DNA of 64,000 bases from Candidatus Bathyarchaeia archaeon (GTDB taxonomy: Archaea > Thermoproteota > Bathyarchaeia > Bathyarchaeales > Bathycorpusculaceae): NCBI GenBank assembly GCA_049512935.1, contig JBEKWR010000006.1, positions 32,001-96,000 of the forward strand, given 5' to 3'. A model generated the notes under the pieces. The model did not search any database, was not told the DNA's origin, and saw nothing but the letters and a program-made list of their open reading frames with translations. Of this stretch, positions 59,832-64,000 are shown piece by piece. Every line of letters begins with the position of its first letter. Position 1 is the first letter of the stretch. Position numbers and translations under genes: made by a program.

Positions 59832-60341
59832 CTAAGGGTTCTTGCCTGGAGCCATGCGCCACGTAGAAACGCTGAATAACGTGAACGCCGAGAGAAAAAG
59901 CAACACCATAATTTTGGTCAGGGCGAACGTTTGGAATGCGGAGATGGCCAGGATCGCGATTGGAAATGGACCGAGCAGCGTGAAAAAGAAGATGGCGACG
60001 GCTACGCCGTATGTTTCCTTGTAGTCTTTGATGCTTCGTTTGCCAAAGTACAACGCTGACAGCCTGCCCATGCCGAAGGTGCATTTTTTGCAGTTGTAGC
60101 AGGGTCGCATGCACCCAAGAAACTTGAGTACGCCGTAGACGCCGATGAGCGCAACAAGAAGGAACACCGCGCCAGCCGCCACGCTGACAAAGAGGAAAGC
60201 CGCAGTGTCCAGTGCAATCCAGAGTGCAAGGGCAAGGTTGCCGATGATGGTGAACGTTTTTGGGAACTCGATTGTCGCCGTTGCTTTTCCCGCTCCGCCG
60301 AGAATATGATTGCCCAGCGATATGAAAGTTTCACTTAGCAT
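59832..60341 (-). CDS. Membrane protein with CxxCxxCxxC motif
   Basis: Four TMs around CMRPCYNCKKC. Confidence 0.65.
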   Translation of the reverse strand: MLSETFISLGNHILGGAGKATATIEFPKTFTIIGNLALALWIALDTAAFLFVSVAAGAVFLLVALIGVYGVLKFLGCMRPCYNCKKCTFGMGRLSALYFGKRSIKDYKETYGVAVAIFFFTLLGPFPIAILAISAFQTFALTKIMVLLFLSAFTLFSVSTWRMAPGKNP

Positions 60342-60504
60342 ATTCCAGCCAAGGATACTGTTAAGTTACCCATTTGACAGAACCTGTTCAACAACTTGTG
60401 ATTACAACTTGAAATACGCAAAATATATAAAGAGATACAATCGTTGTAGTAGCTTGAGCATGCCCTTAGACCAAAGGGCTTGTTTCGTGTGTTAATTGAT
60501 GTAT

Positions 60505-61569
60505 CTATTTAGTTTTTTCTCTTAACTCATCAGGAGTTATTTTTGTTAAGCTAGTACCACAGTTCTTCAAGTATTGGTATAGTTTTTCGCTATTTTCCCC
60601 CAATACTAAGAAATAGTCGCCAGATTTGCCCAATCTAACATCAGTATCAGCTCTAAAATACTTGAAACTGCCTTTTGTAGCGAAAAGGAAATTCGATAAG
60701 TCATCAAAGATTGGCAGGTCTTCAAACAACGTTCTTTCCTCTTTTGTAGCCACACCCGCCAAGGACTCGGTGGGAACAAATACTAATGGTCGCGCAATAA
60801 ATTGGGTCAAATCAATTTCTCGCCTATTGACTGGGGTCATGAACCTCAATATTGCCGTGTTTCCACCTAGTTCATGTACTAAAACTTTTCTCGACCATGG
60901 GAATGCAGAATAAAGTCGTTCAAAGCCTTGTCTGCCAAAATATTCATGCCTTTCTTTTAGTGCCACAATAGTGACTCTGAGTAATAAATCAGCTACTGAA
61001 ATCAAACAATTACAGTTTCCACCCTTGTAAACGACAGATAAGTTTGAAAGGTGAGATATTGCTTCCCAACATGGCGTATGACATGACTCAAAATGGTCAA
61101 CGTAAATTTTTTCAATGTCTTTGTTGCCATACTCATTAAGATAGAAATAGGCAACATTATGTGGGTAACCATTTGTAATTAAGCGTAGAAATTCAACTGG
61201 ATTCTTTGTCTCTGGCTGATCTTGACCGTATATCGATATTGCTGGATTTTTAGCGGGATTGTAGCGAGTAAAATACACGTCAATTCGCTCTATCTCTTCC
61301 TTAAGGCAATCGAGTAATGGCATAAGTATTTGATTCTCACGTTCAGGTGCTAACCGTGAAATATCGTAGGCTTTTAGTACAACTCGTTTTGTTTTAATTC
61401 CGAGTGTATCTAAGGAACTTTTCATACAAGTCGCATAAGCATCATTGAATTTCTTTTCGTTTTTACATGACACGGCAATACCTAGCAATCCTTCAAAAAT
61501 GTTGGGTTTATTGCCTAATTCTGCCTTTACTGAGTCAATGCCTACAGCCACCAAGCAAATGTCATCCAC
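60505..61569 (-). CDS. AT-rich hypothetical protein, possibly DUF3800/RNase H-like fold
   Basis: GIDS, IYVD, ISVADLL acidic motifs. Confidence 0.5.
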   Translation of the reverse strand: MDDICLVAVGIDSVKAELGNKPNIFEGLLGIAVSCKNEKKFNDAYATCMKSSLDTLGIKTKRVVLKAYDISRLAPERENQILMPLLDCLKEEIERIDVYFTRYNPAKNPAISIYGQDQPETKNPVEFLRLITNGYPHNVAYFYLNEYGNKDIEKIYVDHFESCHTPCWEAISHLSNLSVVYKGGNCNCLISVADLLLRVTIVALKERHEYFGRQGFERLYSAFPWSRKVLVHELGGNTAILRFMTPVNRREIDLTQFIARPLVFVPTESLAGVATKEERTLFEDLPIFDDLSNFLFATKGSFKYFRADTDVRLGKSGDYFLVLGENSEKLYQYLKNCGTSLTKITPDELREKTK

Positions 61570-61904
61570 GTTTTAGATTAGTAGGATTTCGCTCTTAATG
61601 TTTTTGTTTATGCTATTTTTACTTTCTGTTTGATTTTTCTTTTGTACTCCTCTTCACTTAGTTAACAGTATCGTATCCTTGGATACCGTTAAGTCTTTTG
61701 TGGTGGCAAGTGGGCTGAATTCAAATGCTGGAAAAACGCCGAAGAAGCAGAGCAAATCGTAACGTCACCCATGAAAAGCTACCAGCAACTCCAACAAAAA
61801 CAAGCAGGGCTCGCAGAAGCCCCATAACCATTTTTTTGGTTCAAAGGCAAGCGCTAACTTTTTATCGATTCGTCATTAAATTAACATGCCGCGGGAGAAC
61901 GCCA

Positions 61905-62510
61905 ATGGATTTCATATCCGATTTAGTCAAAGCCGTCATAGCCTTATTCATAATTGTCGATCCCTTCGGCAACATACCCATCTTTATAGGTTTAACCGAA
62001 AACATTCCCGAAGCACAGATAAAAAAGGTGTACAACACTGCAGTGATTGTTGGAATGGCTTTATTACTAGTTTTCGCCTTTGCAGGAACCGCCATTTTAG
62101 ACATTTTCGGGTTGACGATACCCAGCTTCGAGGTGGCAGGAGGAATTCTGCTCCTAATTATTGCCGTTAGAATAGTGGTCTCAGGTATTCACGAAACGGT
62201 TGAATCTCCAGAAAGTATAGGAGCAGTCCCAATAGCTATTCCGCTTCTCGTTGGGCCCGGAGCCATCACCACAACCATAATTACTCTTCAATCTTACAGT
62301 ACTGAAGGGGCAGCAATTGCAGTTACAATCACAGTTCTCGCCGTTGTGATAGTGCTGTCTTTAACATGGGTTATTCTTAGGTTCATTAACGGCATCCACA
62401 AGGTTTTAGGCAAAACAGGCGCGGTAGTGATAGCCAGAGTTATGGCGCTTCTTATCGCCGCCATCGCAGTCCAGTACATACTGACCGGCGTAACCCACTT
62501 CATAGCCTAA
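61905..62510 (+). CDS. MarC family membrane protein
   Basis: DPFGNIP, AGGILL, PIAIPLLVGPG. Confidence 0.92.
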   Translation: MDFISDLVKAVIALFIIVDPFGNIPIFIGLTENIPEAQIKKVYNTAVIVGMALLLVFAFAGTAILDIFGLTIPSFEVAGGILLLIIAVRIVVSGIHETVESPESIGAVPIAIPLLVGPGAITTTIITLQSYSTEGAAIAVTITVLAVVIVLSLTWVILRFINGIHKVLGKTGAVVIARVMALLIAAIAVQYILTGVTHFIA

Positions 62511-62867
62511 AACGCAAACTGTACAAAACAAACAATTCGCCGGGCGTCGAGCAGGGGCAGTGGGCTGTCTGACATATTACGATTCTTTGCACAACGCTTA
62601 AAAGACGTTTCATTGAGAAATGGAAGTTATGCTCGTTTGGGGATGAGAGAGGGGCTTAAAGTCCACCCGAAGCCGCCCTTAGCTTCCATTCCGCTTCCGT
62701 CAGGAGGGGATTCCTTAGGTTTGTCCATGTTTCGCTTCGGGTTTCTGCGGCTTGGCTTCGGCTTATCCGCTGGACAACCGTGGATAGGGCCTCTTTCCGC
62801 CGTGATATACTGTAGAAATCGTAATATTGGCATGAGGTAATAATGGATATATTAATACTCGCTACAG

Positions 62868-63710
62868 TTGAAAGTCGGCGAGCAAAATGAGTGGAAAAAA
62901 CAGCATCAAACAAGCCGCCGTAATGTTCGAAGAAAAAGCGGATTCACAATTTACGAAGAAGAAAGCGTTGTTTACTTTCAGCAGATTGATGGAGACTTAG
63001 ACGTTTTGCCGCAGCAGTCAGATGCCCCCGACGTAAGCGTAATCATACCCGCCTACAACGAAGAGGAGACCATAGCTGAGGTCCTGCGCAGGATGATCAA
63101 AGTCAGCTGGTCGCTGGGCAACGTGGAAATCATCGTGGTCGACGACGGGTCCTCTGACCGCACCAGAGAAGAGGTCACGGCTTTTCCGCTTGTCAAGTGC
63201 TTCAGCCACGCTGTTAACCGCGGCAAAGGCGCCGCCGTGCGCACCGGCATCGAAAACAGCCATGGCAAAGTCGTTGTAATCAACGACGCGGATTTGGAGT
63301 ACGAGCCTGAGTACCTGCCTATGCTGGTGAAGCCGATTTTGGACGGTTCCAGCGACATCGTTTACGGCAGCAGGTTCAAAGGCGACACGGATGGGATGAG
63401 CTTTTCCCACTACGTTGGGAACTCGGTGCTGTCGCTTATGGCGCGGTTCCTCTACAGCCGAGAAATCACCGACATAATGACTGGGCAAAAGGCGTTCCGC
63501 CGCTCGATTCTGGACGGCGCCAAGCTGCGGGAAGACGGCTTCGCGGTTGAGGTTGAAATGACCTGTGCGGGTTTGAACGCCGGGCGAAGGTTCAAGGAGG
63601 TCCCGATTCCCTACTTGTACAGGCGCCACGGCTACAGCAAAATCGCCAACATGGACGGCGTCAGAAGCTTCATCAAACTAATAACGCTCTTCTTAACGAC
63701 AAACGGCTAA
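62868..63710 (+). CDS. GT2 polyprenol-phosphate glycosyltransferase
   Basis: SVIIPAYNE, VDDGSSD, DADLEY, GSRF; true start probably downstream. Confidence 0.9.
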   Translation: MKVGEQNEWKKQHQTSRRNVRRKSGFTIYEEESVVYFQQIDGDLDVLPQQSDAPDVSVIIPAYNEEETIAEVLRRMIKVSWSLGNVEIIVVDDGSSDRTREEVTAFPLVKCFSHAVNRGKGAAVRTGIENSHGKVVVINDADLEYEPEYLPMLVKPILDGSSDIVYGSRFKGDTDGMSFSHYVGNSVLSLMARFLYSREITDIMTGQKAFRRSILDGAKLREDGFAVEVEMTCAGLNAGRRFKEVPIPYLYRRHGYSKIANMDGVRSFIKLITLFLTTNG

Positions 63711-63815
63711 AACAGGCGCAAAACGGCGCAGCCCTGTCTTCGTGTTTGGTCGCTCTGTCAAGAAGCCTTCTTGGCGAAGGCGCGTTTTTGAAACGGGTGT
63801 CTTCGAGGTCCCACT

Positions 63816-64000
63816 TTGATTCTTTGCTTTACGAGTCACCGTTACGCTCCGCTGGTCGGCGGCTACGATAACCAGATCAGGCTGCTGGCTGAGAACCTGA
63901 GCAGGTTCTTCCCCGTAAAAGTCGTCACGTTCAACCTGACAGGCAGCGTGGCGGCGGAGTCCATCGGCAACGTTCAAGTCTACCGCGTGAAGCCTCAGCT
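63816..64000 (+). CDS. Glycosyltransferase family 4, N-terminal part
   Basis: MILCFTSHRYAPLVGGYDNQIRLLAENL...VKVVT; runs off the window. Confidence 0.7.
   Translation, partial: MILCFTSHRYAPLVGGYDNQIRLLAENLSRFFPVKVVTFNLTGSVAAESIGNVQVYRVKPQ

Noticed and set aside
62640-62800. RNase P or SRP RNA
   Set aside because: AAAGUCCACCC resembles RNase P CR-I, but GAGG, CR-V and the length do not fit; no SRP helix-8 motif.
62656-62913. TnpB C-terminal remnant (VASINI)
   Set aside because: No Zn-ribbon cysteines or RuvC Asp in frame.
1-64000. Genome-wide UGA reassignment (code 4/25)
   Set aside because: Ordinary genes end at TGA at the expected family length (e.g. 30055, 32066, 43735). In-frame UGA was seen only at two Cys-equivalent sites.

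Overview
Archaeal genomic window. The gene content (eL22 homologue, DUF1616, HdrA-MvhD, Smc5/6-like ATPase, stand-alone 5S rRNA, NosD-type and PKD surface proteins) suggests Bathyarchaeia (TACK), but this is inference rather than a phylogenetic placement. The main discovery is an ~11 kb selenocysteine (Sec) cluster at 13221-24323 that the ORF track fragments. It holds an 835-codon HdrA-MvhD fusion with two in-frame UGA codons at conserved Cys/Sec positions, each followed exactly 6 nt later by a stem-loop. It also holds two tRNA-Sec(UCA) genes with a 9/4 fold, SepSecS, and one ORF fusing PSTK to archaeal/eukaryal-type SelB. SelD is not in the window. The rest contains surface-glycosylation genes, five toxin-antitoxin pairs, four ordinary tRNA genes, 5S rRNA, trpS, map, nucS, mscL and an SMC-kleisin-KITE-like operon. 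Small integrase-less cassettes bracketed by degenerate duplications of tRNA or gene 3' ends recur. All family calls come from motif recognition by eye; no database searches were run.
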